Below are positions 11,593-19,317 of a DNA stretch of 64,000 nucleotides, one piece after another. The notes beneath the pieces were generated by a model. The model was not told the DNA's origin. It did no database searches and saw only the letters and a program-made list of their open reading frames with translations. A program made the position numbers and the translations under genes. The DNA comes from Candidatus Roizmanbacteria bacterium (GTDB lineage: Bacteria > Patescibacteriota > Microgenomatia > UBA1406 > HO2-37-13b): contig JAYPGZ010000003.1 in assembly GCA_038127095.1 (NCBI GenBank), forward strand, positions 23,812 to 87,811, in the 5' to 3' direction. Each line of letters begins with the position of its first letter. Positions within the stretch are counted from its first letter, which is position 1.

Positions 11593-11790
11593 TTAGTTCA
11601 GAATTTGAACCATGTAATGCTTGTGGGGTAAAATACTTCCCTTTCCCACCTGTGGTGTTACCGCAACATATGGCGAGACTTTCTTTGACTTTTCGTACAG
11701 TTCTTTCTCGATGGCATGTGCTACTTGTGGATTTGAAAGTAATTTAACCGCCCGGTATGTATTTTGGATTGTAAAAATAAATTTTTTCAT
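11593..11790 (-). CDS. small hypothetical protein (65 aa) translationally coupled to lexA
   Basis: The ATG at 11790 lies 1 nt after the lexA stop (TAA-T-ATG). Sequence MKKFIFTIQNTYRAVKLLSNPQVAHAIEKELYEK... No family recognised. Confidence 0.4.
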   Translation of the reverse strand: MKKFIFTIQNTYRAVKLLSNPQVAHAIEKELYEKSKKVSPYVAVTPQVGKGSILPHKHYMVQILN

Positions 11791-11791
11791 A

Positions 11792-12370
11792 TTAATGATA
11801 TGTGTATTTTCTAATAACCGAAACAACAATGCCGGCAATTTCTAAGTTGTTTTGCGGATAAATAGGTGGGTAATTTTTATTTGCCGGATTTAGCCACACG
11901 CTATTTCCCTTTTTCTGATAATACTTTAATGTCCACTCCCCATCGACACATGCGACTACAATTTGATCATTTTTTGCGCTTTCTGTTCGTTCTACAAGTA
12001 CAATATCACCTGGATGAATGCCCGCATCGATCATAGAGTCTCCTGAAACGGTTAGCATAAAAGTTCGTTCAGGTTTTGTGACCAAATATTCATCGATCGA
12101 TACTAAGTCGTTCAATTCTTCGGTTGCCGCGGAAGGAAATCCGGCTTTTACAATGCCAGTGTTTGGAAGTGGTGCAAATAGCCGTTTAGGAATTAATTTT
12201 CCGGCAGAATCTTTTTCTAAAAACCCCTCATCAATTAATTTTTGCGCAAGTTTAAAAGCCGCATTTTTTGATGCAAATCCGAATAGTGTTGCCATTTCTT
12301 GATACGATGGCAATCGCTTGTTTACCCGGAAAAATTTTCGCATTTTTTGTACTAATTCTTGAGTATTCAT
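11792..12370 (-). CDS. lexA: LexA repressor (S24 peptidase)
   Basis: N-terminal winged-helix region; cleavage and catalytic region VKAGFPSAA...LTVSGDSMIDAGIHPGDIVLVE...VVACVDGEWTLKYY (Ser-Lys dyad context). The start is ATG at 12370; a GTG at 12397 is an alternative. Confidence 0.9.
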   Translation of the reverse strand: MNTQELVQKMRKFFRVNKRLPSYQEMATLFGFASKNAAFKLAQKLIDEGFLEKDSAGKLIPKRLFAPLPNTGIVKAGFPSAATEELNDLVSIDEYLVTKPERTFMLTVSGDSMIDAGIHPGDIVLVERTESAKNDQIVVACVDGEWTLKYYQKKGNSVWLNPANKNYPPIYPQNNLEIAGIVVSVIRKYTYH

Positions 12371-12399
12371 ATGTTTGTGCTGAGAATGAAAAATCACCC

Positions 12400-12481
12400 G
12401 AGATTTCTCGTCCTCGCGTACGCTCGTCCTCGAAATGACAGAGCTGAGATTTCTTGGTCGTTGTTACTCTCTCGGAATGAC
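12400..12481 (-). repeat. two tandem GTCATTYCGAG...GAAATCTC mini-repeat units in the lexA 5' leader
   Basis: Minus strand: GTCATTCCGAGAGAGTAACAACGACCAAGAAATCTC (12446-12481) and GTCATTTCGAGGACGAGCGTACGCGAGGACGAGAAATCTC (12400-12439). Confidence 0.75.
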
Positions 12482-12512
12482 AAACGTCGTGCCCCTTTTA
12501 TCGAACAAAATC

Positions 12513-12541
12513 AGTATAGTGAACGATTGTTCACTTGTCAA
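12513..12541 (-). promoter_or_regulatory. lexA promoter: TTGACA-17-TATACT
   Basis: On the minus strand, TTGACA (12541-12536), an exact 17-nt spacer, then TATACT (12518-12513). Confidence 0.75.
12518..12535. promoter_or_regulatory. SOS (Cheo-type) box, GAAC-N4-GTTC palindrome, inside the lexA promoter spacer
   Basis: AGTGAAC-GATT-GTTCACT is a perfect 7+7 inverted repeat. It matches the Gram-positive LexA operator core GAAC-N4-GTTC. Confidence 0.75.
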
Positions 12542-12561
12542 GTGAGGAAATTTTTATAGGA

Positions 12562-13011
12562 TTAAATATTCTTTTCGAGTAGAATTCGATTTTCAGCAGG
12601 ATTAGGATCTGGTGTTACTTCCAAAAAGAAGTATCCGGATTTAATTAAATAGTGCAAAATGTTCATTCGCTTGTTTCGTGTTTTAATTTTGACCGATTTG
12701 TATCCTTGCTTGCGAGCCCATCGTTGGGCATACATCATGAGTGCGTGAAATATTCTACGCTTGCCATGCTCGCTCCATACACCCGAAAGCCAACAATAAA
12801 AAGACCCATCCTTAAATCGATCAAAACCGATTAAATAACCAACTGGTTTAGTGCCATCGTCGATGTAGGCGGCAATGATCAGTGGATTCTTACCTTTGTA
12901 GCGTTTTTCAAAGTCTTCCTTCCGATACGTTTCTCCAAATTCTGCTGAAGTCTGCCGAGAAAGCACAGCGTCGTCGATGGTGGTTTCCTTTATGGCTATA
13001 CTGGGGCGCAT
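12562..13011 (-). CDS. GNAT-family N-acetyltransferase (149 aa)
   Basis: Only the last 149 codons of the 409-aa track ORF look real (MRPSIAIKETTIDD...YLIGF...SGVWSEHGKRRIFHALMMYAQRWARKQGYKSV). TTGCAT-16-TACAAT lies 6 nt upstream of the ATG at 13011. Confidence 0.8.
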   Translation of the reverse strand: MRPSIAIKETTIDDAVLSRQTSAEFGETYRKEDFEKRYKGKNPLIIAAYIDDGTKPVGYLIGFDRFKDGSFYCWLSGVWSEHGKRRIFHALMMYAQRWARKQGYKSVKIKTRNKRMNILHYLIKSGYFFLEVTPDPNPAENRILLEKNI

Positions 13012-13017
13012 ATCACT

Positions 13018-13045
13018 ATTGTATACCCGAATAAAATATATGCAA
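13018..13045 (-). promoter_or_regulatory. promoter of GNAT gene (leaderless geometry)
   Basis: On the minus strand, TTGCAT (13045-13040), 16-nt spacer, TACAAT (13023-13018), then 6 nt to the ATG. Confidence 0.55.
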
Positions 13046-13057
13046 GCCACAAAGTGC

Positions 13058-13086
13058 TTGACAATAGTTTTGTAATAGTTCAATAT
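13058..13086 (+). promoter_or_regulatory. promoter of 13094 gene (leaderless geometry)
   Basis: TTGACA (13058-13063), 17-nt spacer, CAATAT (13081-13086), then 7 nt to the ATG. A TATAAT at 13084-13089 is an alternative -10. Confidence 0.5.
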
Positions 13087-13093
13087 AATAGAC

Positions 13094-14395
13094 ATGGATA
13101 CTAACATACCGCAAGCTCCGTCTATTACACCTCCTATTTCACCCCCGCCAACTCCACAGCCTACCACGCCTCCTGCCCAGCCGGTTTTAAATACGTCGCC
13201 ATCTGAATCATCTGCTCCTGTATCAGATCCGGTAATGGGTCCGTCTGTGACACCGCCAGCTACTCCGCCTTCATCAAACCCATTTCCGCTTAAATGGGCT
13301 CTTCTCGGAATTGGTATTGTAGTGGTACTCGCAGGGAGTATTTTGGGAATTTTAGGTGCAAATAAAGCCAGAAATAGTGCGCAAACAACAGCAACACGTG
13401 CTGCTGTTTCCACAAATGCGACAGTTGAAAATGCTGTTGTTAAGTGGCCGTATGGATCGCTTCCAAATGTAATGATCGAGAAAAATACGCTTCGCGTGCA
13501 ACAAGACGAAGATACGGGAACCTTAAGTATCCATGGAAATATTATTTTTGCAAAAACGCTTAATAGCGGCAGTGAACTGTGGACCGTATGGGCTTCAACT
13601 GATACCAAAGGAAAGAAAATCGTGGGAACGACGTTTCCAAAAGGAAATGCACAATTGTACCCTCCGGAACCGCCATTCAAAAATCCAGGATTATTTACTG
13701 CCGATGCTTCAGGTTCGTATCCGGCTTCTGGTGAACGAAAGTCTGCACCTGCTCCCCATGAAAATGAAGGAGTCTTAACGAACTCGAGCAAAACGGTTCA
13801 GCCTCATTATTTTGACATATATAATGTTAAGGTTGCCAAAGGTATCTGTAAAATTTATTTGAATTATCGAAGTAATCGTCAGGGTGGTAATTCCGGCCCA
13901 TCTTCATCACCTGTTTTTTTTGAAGTTACCGTGCCGGGTTGTCCGCCTATTGTAACGCCTAAGGTTACACAAGTCCCCCCACCCGGATGTCAGGTATTAA
14001 ACACATACACCGAAGCCGGAGAAAATAACTTTAGTAAATGCACGGAATTGTGTGGTCAATATAAAGATTCCACATCGTGTGTTTCAGGGGACGTACGTGC
14101 TCGAACGAAAGAATCATGCATGATTCAGTCGTGTCGGTCTGCTGTTTCAAATCCTCAAAAATTACGAGACGGAACATGGTTTTGCTGCAAGCGAGGAGCA
14201 GATTGTAAGAAGTCTTGCCAGACCGATAAAGACTGTTCTGGTGGCCTTATGTGTGTTGATGGAGCATGTGGTGATAGACCAAATTGTACAAAGAGTACCT
14301 GTTTTTGTAGTCCCGATCCTGATGAGTTGGCTGCAACACCAACCGTAACTCCTTCCCCTACTTCCGCAATTCGCATTCCTACGCCAAATCGATAA
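13094..14395 (+). CDS. membrane-anchored protein: Pro-rich N-terminus, one TM helix, Cys-rich ectodomain
   Basis: N-terminal PxxP-rich ~70 aa, TM helix WALLGIGIVVVLAGSILGILGA, and 18 Cys by my count in the last ~190 aa (e.g. CQTDKDCSGGLMCVDGACG), with a PT-rich tail. No family recognised. Confidence 0.7.
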   Translation: MDTNIPQAPSITPPISPPPTPQPTTPPAQPVLNTSPSESSAPVSDPVMGPSVTPPATPPSSNPFPLKWALLGIGIVVVLAGSILGILGANKARNSAQTTATRAAVSTNATVENAVVKWPYGSLPNVMIEKNTLRVQQDEDTGTLSIHGNIIFAKTLNSGSELWTVWASTDTKGKKIVGTTFPKGNAQLYPPEPPFKNPGLFTADASGSYPASGERKSAPAPHENEGVLTNSSKTVQPHYFDIYNVKVAKGICKIYLNYRSNRQGGNSGPSSSPVFFEVTVPGCPPIVTPKVTQVPPPGCQVLNTYTEAGENNFSKCTELCGQYKDSTSCVSGDVRARTKESCMIQSCRSAVSNPQKLRDGTWFCCKRGADCKKSCQTDKDCSGGLMCVDGACGDRPNCTKSTCFCSPDPDELAATPTVTPSPTSAIRIPTPNR

Positions 14396-14411
14396 CTGAT
14401 ATACTATAAAT

Positions 14412-15341
14412 ATGGATTCCTCAGTACTTACTGTTTCTCATTTAGTTAAAGATTACGGATCTTTTCGTGCGGTCAATAATATTTCTTTCACAATTCCCAA
14501 GGGTAAAATTGTGGGGTTTTTAGGACCAAACGGCGCCGGAAAAACAACTACAATTCAGATTTTGTTGGGAATAACTACTGCAACAAGCGGGAAGATTGAA
14601 TATTTTGGGAAAGATTTTGCAAAACACCGGAGCGCAATATTACAACGCATAAACTTTACATCTGCTTTTAACACGCTTCTTACCCGCATTTCTGTTTTTG
14701 AGAACATGATGGTTTTTGCGTATTTATATGGTCTGAAGAACCCAAAGGATAAAATTAATGAACTTCTTAACTTTTTTGAAATTGCGCATATTGCTAATGT
14801 TCGGTATCAAGACATTTCAACCGGCCAAAAAACACGGGTAAATTTTGCAAAATCCCTATTGAACGACCCGGAAATATTACTGATGGATGAGCCTACCGCA
14901 TCGCTTGATCCTGATATTGCAGATAAAACGCTTGCGTTAATCGAGTATTTACGTGAAAGTCGAAATATTTCAATACTGTATACCAGCCACGACATGAACG
15001 AAATTACTCGTATATGTGATGAAGTAATTATCATTGATAAAGGGGTCATTGTGGCTCATGATACCCCACTTGGATTGACTAAAATGATTCCTAATGCACA
15101 GGTGCGATTCGTTTTTGACAATAATAAGACAGCGATAAAAAAATATCTTGATGACCACGAATTTGAATATGATTTTGAGAAAAACAACGTAGTTCTTATT
15201 AATGCTCAAGAAAAACAGATTCCGAAACTTATTTTTGGCATTAGTAAAACTGACATTCTTATTACCGATATCGATGTTATTAAACCGTCATTAGAAGACG
15301 TATTTTTACTTTTTGCACGCAAAAAACATGAATTTTCTTAG
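14412..15341 (+). CDS. ABC transporter ATP-binding protein (ABC-2 exporter type)
   Basis: Walker A GPNGAGKTT, signature ISTGQKTRV, Walker B LLMDEPTASLD, H-loop SHDM. Confidence 0.92.
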   Translation: MDSSVLTVSHLVKDYGSFRAVNNISFTIPKGKIVGFLGPNGAGKTTTIQILLGITTATSGKIEYFGKDFAKHRSAILQRINFTSAFNTLLTRISVFENMMVFAYLYGLKNPKDKINELLNFFEIAHIANVRYQDISTGQKTRVNFAKSLLNDPEILLMDEPTASLDPDIADKTLALIEYLRESRNISILYTSHDMNEITRICDEVIIIDKGVIVAHDTPLGLTKMIPNAQVRFVFDNNKTAIKKYLDDHEFEYDFEKNNVVLINAQEKQIPKLIFGISKTDILITDIDVIKPSLEDVFLLFARKKHEFS

Positions 15342-16116
15342 AATAAAAGCCATAATTGCCCAGGAATTTTACATGTCATATCGGGCGATTGAGATATTAA
15401 TGGATTTGGTTGTATTTCCAGTAATGTCAATTGTTGTTTTTGGTTTTTTATCGAAATACTTAACGGGAATTAATACGCCAGCTGTCGGTAGGAGTGTGCT
15501 CATGGGAATGTTATTGTGGCAGTTTATTTGGATAACTCAATATACTGTATCGTTCGGGAGCTTGTGGAATATATGGTCACGAAATTTGAGCAATCTTTTT
15601 GTTACACCACTAACAGTTAAAGAATATTTATTCGCACAAACAATGTCTGGGGTTATGAAAGGATTGTTTATCTTGTTTTTAAGTTCACTTTTGTCAGTTT
15701 ACATATTTGATTTTAACTTGCTCGATATTGGTTTGGTTAATTTAGTACTTATAATTATTAATTTATCATTGTTTGCATTTAGTTTAGGAGTTGGTATTTT
15801 GGGGTTAATTTTTCGCTTTGGGACACGAATTCAAGCATTTGCATGGGGATTTTTGCCCTTTTTTCAGCCGATAACAGCCGCCTTTTATCCGGTACATGTG
15901 TTGCCGACGTTTCTGCAGCCTGTCGCCTATATGTTGCCGCCAACTTACATGTTCGAAGTAGCTCGGCAAATTTTAGGAGGCGATCCTATTGACTATGGAT
16001 ATTTTGTCATGGCATTTACAATAAATATTGTCTATTTAACGCTTGCCGTGTCGTTCTTTCATTATCTCTATAATAAATCTAAAGAATCCGGACAGTTTGC
16101 TCGAAATGAGGGCTAA
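15328..16116 (+). CDS. ABC-2 family transporter permease
   Basis: Six-TM protein directly coupled to the ATPase, with a 14-nt overlap from the ATG at 15328 (MNFLRIKAII...). Confidence 0.8.
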   Translation: MNFLRIKAIIAQEFYMSYRAIEILMDLVVFPVMSIVVFGFLSKYLTGINTPAVGRSVLMGMLLWQFIWITQYTVSFGSLWNIWSRNLSNLFVTPLTVKEYLFAQTMSGVMKGLFILFLSSLLSVYIFDFNLLDIGLVNLVLIIINLSLFAFSLGVGILGLIFRFGTRIQAFAWGFLPFFQPITAAFYPVHVLPTFLQPVAYMLPPTYMFEVARQILGGDPIDYGYFVMAFTINIVYLTLAVSFFHYLYNKSKESGQFARNEG

Positions 16117-16145
16117 CTACAATTTTTCTGCTAGAATTCTTCTTC

Positions 16146-16910
16146 ATGCATCGAGAAATAGATTATCAGCAGGCTCTAATAAATGAAGTTGTTGCAGCGA
16201 ACGGGATTCGTGCGTTCTTGTTTGATTTGGATGATACTCTTCTAGATACAAACGCGATTTTTAAAGATCGCATGAGAATATTTTCTGAAGACGCTGCTCG
16301 TATGTCGGGCGCTGATGCTACGGCAACACGAAATATGTTACGTCACGCTCTTGATGGGCTGCGTGATCATTTGGGACTAGACCATGATCTTATGGCGGTC
16401 GCTGCACATAATACGCTGCGTACTGTGGGTTTAGATCCTGATAATCCCCATGCGAAGAGGATTGTTGAAGAGCTGCTTGAAATTTATTCAGGTAAAGGCT
16501 ATCAAAGATTTCATGGTGCTGAAGAAACACTTAATGTGTTGCATGGTACGAGCGCAGATACATACATTGTTACGCATGCAAGCGCTGCGAGTACACAAGG
16601 TAAATTACGAACTACAAGACTCAATGGACATTTTAAAGGTGTATTTTGTATTGACCCGAAGGGTAAAAAAGATGAACAAGCATGGAGTTCAGTTATAAGT
16701 GATCGACTTCAGTTAATGCCAGAACAGGTATTTGTAACCGGCGACAGTTGGACGAGTGATATTGCACCTGCTGTTGCAGTGGGAGTACCGCGTGCTCAAA
16801 TATTACGAATTCGTACAGAACACAACTATTCGAATAATGGGGTTGTCGAAGGAGTGCAAGAAGTAGATTCGGTGCGAGAATTACCGGAATATTTATTAAG
16901 TTTTTTGTGA
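16146..16910 (+). CDS. HAD-superfamily hydrolase
   Basis: Motif I FLFDLDDTLLDT; motif II VTHAS; motif III/IV K...VTGDSWTSDI. TGCTAGAAT lies 8 nt upstream of the ATG. Confidence 0.8.
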   Translation: MHREIDYQQALINEVVAANGIRAFLFDLDDTLLDTNAIFKDRMRIFSEDAARMSGADATATRNMLRHALDGLRDHLGLDHDLMAVAAHNTLRTVGLDPDNPHAKRIVEELLEIYSGKGYQRFHGAEETLNVLHGTSADTYIVTHASAASTQGKLRTTRLNGHFKGVFCIDPKGKKDEQAWSSVISDRLQLMPEQVFVTGDSWTSDIAPAVAVGVPRAQILRIRTEHNYSNNGVVEGVQEVDSVRELPEYLLSFL

Positions 16911-16938
16911 AAAGATGCTAGAAGTAATCTGTGCGACT

Positions 16939-16976
16939 GAGATTTCTCACTTCACTAACACTCCGTTTGAAATGAC
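16939..16976 (-). repeat. single GTCATTTC...GAAATCTC mini-repeat unit between convergent genes
   Basis: Minus strand: GTCATTTCAAACGGAGTGTTAGTGAAGTGAGAAATCTC. Confidence 0.7.
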
Positions 16977-16998
16977 AAAGGTGTTTTTAAGATGAGAC

Positions 16999-17553
16999 TC
17001 AAATCGGTTTTGCTTTCACAACCAACCGTTTCGTATCAGCAAATCCTGTACAGGTATAGAGTGTGAGTTCTTCCCTTCCTACTGATTTGATGACTTCTAT
17101 TTTATCGGGAGTAACCGTATCGATTTTGTATACCGAGTACGAATAAATCTTTCCATCGCGACTTTTTAATGTAATAGGATATCCAATCTTTATTTCAGTA
17201 AGCGGTCCAAAGAGCGACGATTTATTATGGGCATAAATAACGGTATTTCCATTGTTTTTAAGAGGTGCAGATGAGGTTAAGAATGAAGCGCCAGTTTCAT
17301 TTATTTCCCAATTATTACCTTCCACACGAGCAGGAGCGACGGGTAAGGTAATTGAAAGTGGAATTATTTCAATACTAACAGGAGATTGAGGCGTATTTGG
17401 GTGCGTGGTCGCCAGAGGAGCTTTCGTGAATGAAAGACGTTGTGTTTTGTGAACACGATACCCTACAAACATGCTCAAGCACACTATTCCTCCTATTAAG
17501 AGTAGTAATGCACGTGCGTGCGATACGGTGCCCTTTTTAGCTTTTTTTGACAT
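16999..17553 (-). CDS. sortase (class E-like)
   Basis: N-terminal TM anchor, catalytic His context VIYAHN, the TLYTCT (TLxTC) motif, and a downstream Arg (DTKRLVV). Confidence 0.85.
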   Translation of the reverse strand: MSKKAKKGTVSHARALLLLIGGIVCLSMFVGYRVHKTQRLSFTKAPLATTHPNTPQSPVSIEIIPLSITLPVAPARVEGNNWEINETGASFLTSSAPLKNNGNTVIYAHNKSSLFGPLTEIKIGYPITLKSRDGKIYSYSVYKIDTVTPDKIEVIKSVGREELTLYTCTGFADTKRLVVKAKPI

Positions 17554-18235
17554 ACATCATTGCTGAAAGTCCGCTTAAAGCAACTCCAGCAAGTCCGACC
17601 ATGTTCATGAACATGTCTTCAAAAACACCGGTTGCGGCAAGCGTTGTTGTGGCGCCCTGCACACTACCATTATTGTTTGAAGAACTTGAGTTAGATGAGC
17701 TTGATGAGCTTGATCCGCTATCAGAATTTCCCCCAGTTCCTGTCTGTGAACTCGTTGGAGCAGGAGTGCTGGTTGGTGTTACCGTAGCCGTAGGTGTTGC
17801 TGTAGGTGTAGCACTTGGGCATCGATGTAACACGCATGGATCGTAAATATTTCCATTATCATCAGTCCCGGTAGGAGCTACGGTTGGAGTAGCTGTAGGC
17901 GTGGCTGTTGGGCTCGGATAACATTCTCCATCACATTCTACAGGTGTAGTTGGTGTTGGAGTGGGATTTGTCCCGCCCGGACAAGCTACTTCTCCTTGAA
18001 AAAGAAGATCGAGCTCATGCCCGGCTTTTGGAGTTCCAGGATTTTCAAAGTGGCCTCCAATTGCATTTTCAGAAACGATGTTTTGAGTATAGGGATTAGT
18101 TGTACTGCTGGTTGCATGACAAATAGTGACTTTGCCGTTATTATTTACTGCTTGCACGAAGTTACGGGTGGCAAGCATAAAAAAGACACTCATAACGAAT
18201 ACCGAAAGGGTTACCAAACTTTTTTGTTTTATCAT
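17537..18235 (-). CDS. cell-wall-anchored surface protein with LAATG sorting signal
   Basis: Signal peptide (MIKQKSLVTLSVFVMSVFFMLA). PT- and Ser-rich linkers. The C-terminus has LAATG, a hydrophobic helix and KKS. The start is set at ATG 18235 because the track's upstream Met lies inside the promoter. Confidence 0.85.
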   Translation of the reverse strand: MIKQKSLVTLSVFVMSVFFMLATRNFVQAVNNNGKVTICHATSSTTNPYTQNIVSENAIGGHFENPGTPKAGHELDLLFQGEVACPGGTNPTPTPTTPVECDGECYPSPTATPTATPTVAPTGTDDNGNIYDPCVLHRCPSATPTATPTATVTPTSTPAPTSSQTGTGGNSDSGSSSSSSSNSSSSNNNGSVQGATTTLAATGVFEDMFMNMVGLAGVALSGLSAMMYVKKS

Positions 18236-18245
18236 AATGTCCCGT

Positions 18246-18274
18246 AGTATAGCATAAAACTGCGAAAATGTCAA
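18246..18274 (-). promoter_or_regulatory. consensus promoter of the LAATG-protein/sortase operon
   Basis: On the minus strand, TTGACA (18274-18269), 17-nt spacer ending in TGC, TATACT (18251-18246), then 10 nt to the ATG at 18235. Confidence 0.7.
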
Positions 18275-18405
18275 TTATGACAGTCTAAATATATTATTCA
18301 GAAAACCGAGAGAATAGTACGCAGTCTCATAGATGGTGAAAAAAAGCCTTGCAGTATTGCGAAAGTACTTGCAATTTAATTTTACAAGTATTATTATGGG
18401 TAACC

Positions 18406-18993
18406 ATGGAAGAATCAAGCTCACGAAAGAAATGGATTATCATTATCATTGTTGCCTTGCTTTTAGGAGCAGGGCTTGCGGGTTTCTTTTTCATGCGAAG
18501 TTCAAGTAGTCAAACTGCAACCGTCACCCCTACTTTTGCACCTATCGAGCAGGAACCACTTCCAACAGAAGAGCCAACAGTAAATAAAGAAGACTTAAAA
18601 ATTAAAGTTTTAAATGGAAGCGGTGTAGTTGGCGAAGCGGGTAAAGTGCAAAAAATTCTTGAAGGGGCCGACTTTGTGGTAGACTCAACCGCAAATGCCG
18701 ATAAATATGATTATAAAACTACTGAAATCCAGGCAAAATCATCGGTTCCATCGTCGGTAACCGATGAGCTGACTGAGTTGTTAGGAGAAGACTATTCTGC
18801 GGATACGTCTTCTTTGGACGATTCTGAGGATGTGGATATTGTTATTATTGTGGGTGCTCGCAAAAATGCTCCTTCAGATGCTCCAAAACCAACAAGCTCA
18901 TCTGAAACGAGCGTAACAACAAAACCAACAACAGCAGCAACAACGCCAACTTCAGCAATCACATCATCTCCTACACCAACCCGTGAACCATAA
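18406..18993 (+). CDS. LytR_C (LytR/CpsA/Psr C-terminal) domain membrane protein
   Basis: TM anchor followed by LKIKVLNGSGVVGEAGKVQKILEGADFVVDSTANADKYDYKTTEIQAK, typical of the LytR_C domain, with a PT-rich tail. The start is ATG at 18406 (MEESSSRKKW). Confidence 0.65.
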   Translation: MEESSSRKKWIIIIIVALLLGAGLAGFFFMRSSSSQTATVTPTFAPIEQEPLPTEEPTVNKEDLKIKVLNGSGVVGEAGKVQKILEGADFVVDSTANADKYDYKTTEIQAKSSVPSSVTDELTELLGEDYSADTSSLDDSEDVDIVIIVGARKNAPSDAPKPTSSSETSVTTKPTTAATTPTSAITSSPTPTREP

Positions 18994-18998
18994 TCCTT

Positions 18999-19286
18999 TT
19001 AGAGATATCTTAAAAGAAAAAATCCTGCTGCGACGAAAAAAATACTGAGAATAAAAAATACAATGCCTCCAATTTGTCCTTGACGCACAAATGGTTTGAG
19101 TGGATCGGAAACTACCGGACTGGAAGGAATTTTGGTTATGTCTACGCCAAAAAACATCGCATAACGTTTTAAGAATGAAAGATATCGATTTTTGTCGATA
19201 AATACATATGCAAATCCTAAAAGAATTGCTGCACAAAAAAATAGTATAAGAATTGCAAGTAAAATCATGATTGGCTCGATAAACAA
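18999..19286 (-). CDS. small membrane protein (95 aa, 2 TM)
   Basis: Two clear hydrophobic helices. No family recognised. Confidence 0.5.
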   Translation of the reverse strand: MFIEPIMILLAILILFFCAAILLGFAYVFIDKNRYLSFLKRYAMFFGVDITKIPSSPVVSDPLKPFVRQGQIGGIVFFILSIFFVAAGFFLLRYL

Positions 19287-19317
19287 TTCATATTCCTACA
19301 TCCTAATAGTACTACAT

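Noticed and set aside
12562-13791. 409-aa ORF in the track on the minus strand
   Set aside because: Only the last 149 codons (12562-13011) form a GNAT domain, and these have their own promoter and ATG. The upstream 260 codons are low-complexity Gly/Val/Pro sequence lying antisense to the Pro/Thr-rich start of the plus-strand gene 13094-14395, so they are a shadow ORF.
17547-17930. Periodic GTAGGTGT/GCTGTAGG and GAGCTTGAT-type nucleotide repeats, considered as a tandem-repeat or CRISPR-like locus, plus the 99-aa antisense ORF
   Set aside because: The periodicity is explained by PTATPT and poly-Ser linkers of the LAATG surface protein on the minus strand. There is no repeat-spacer organisation.
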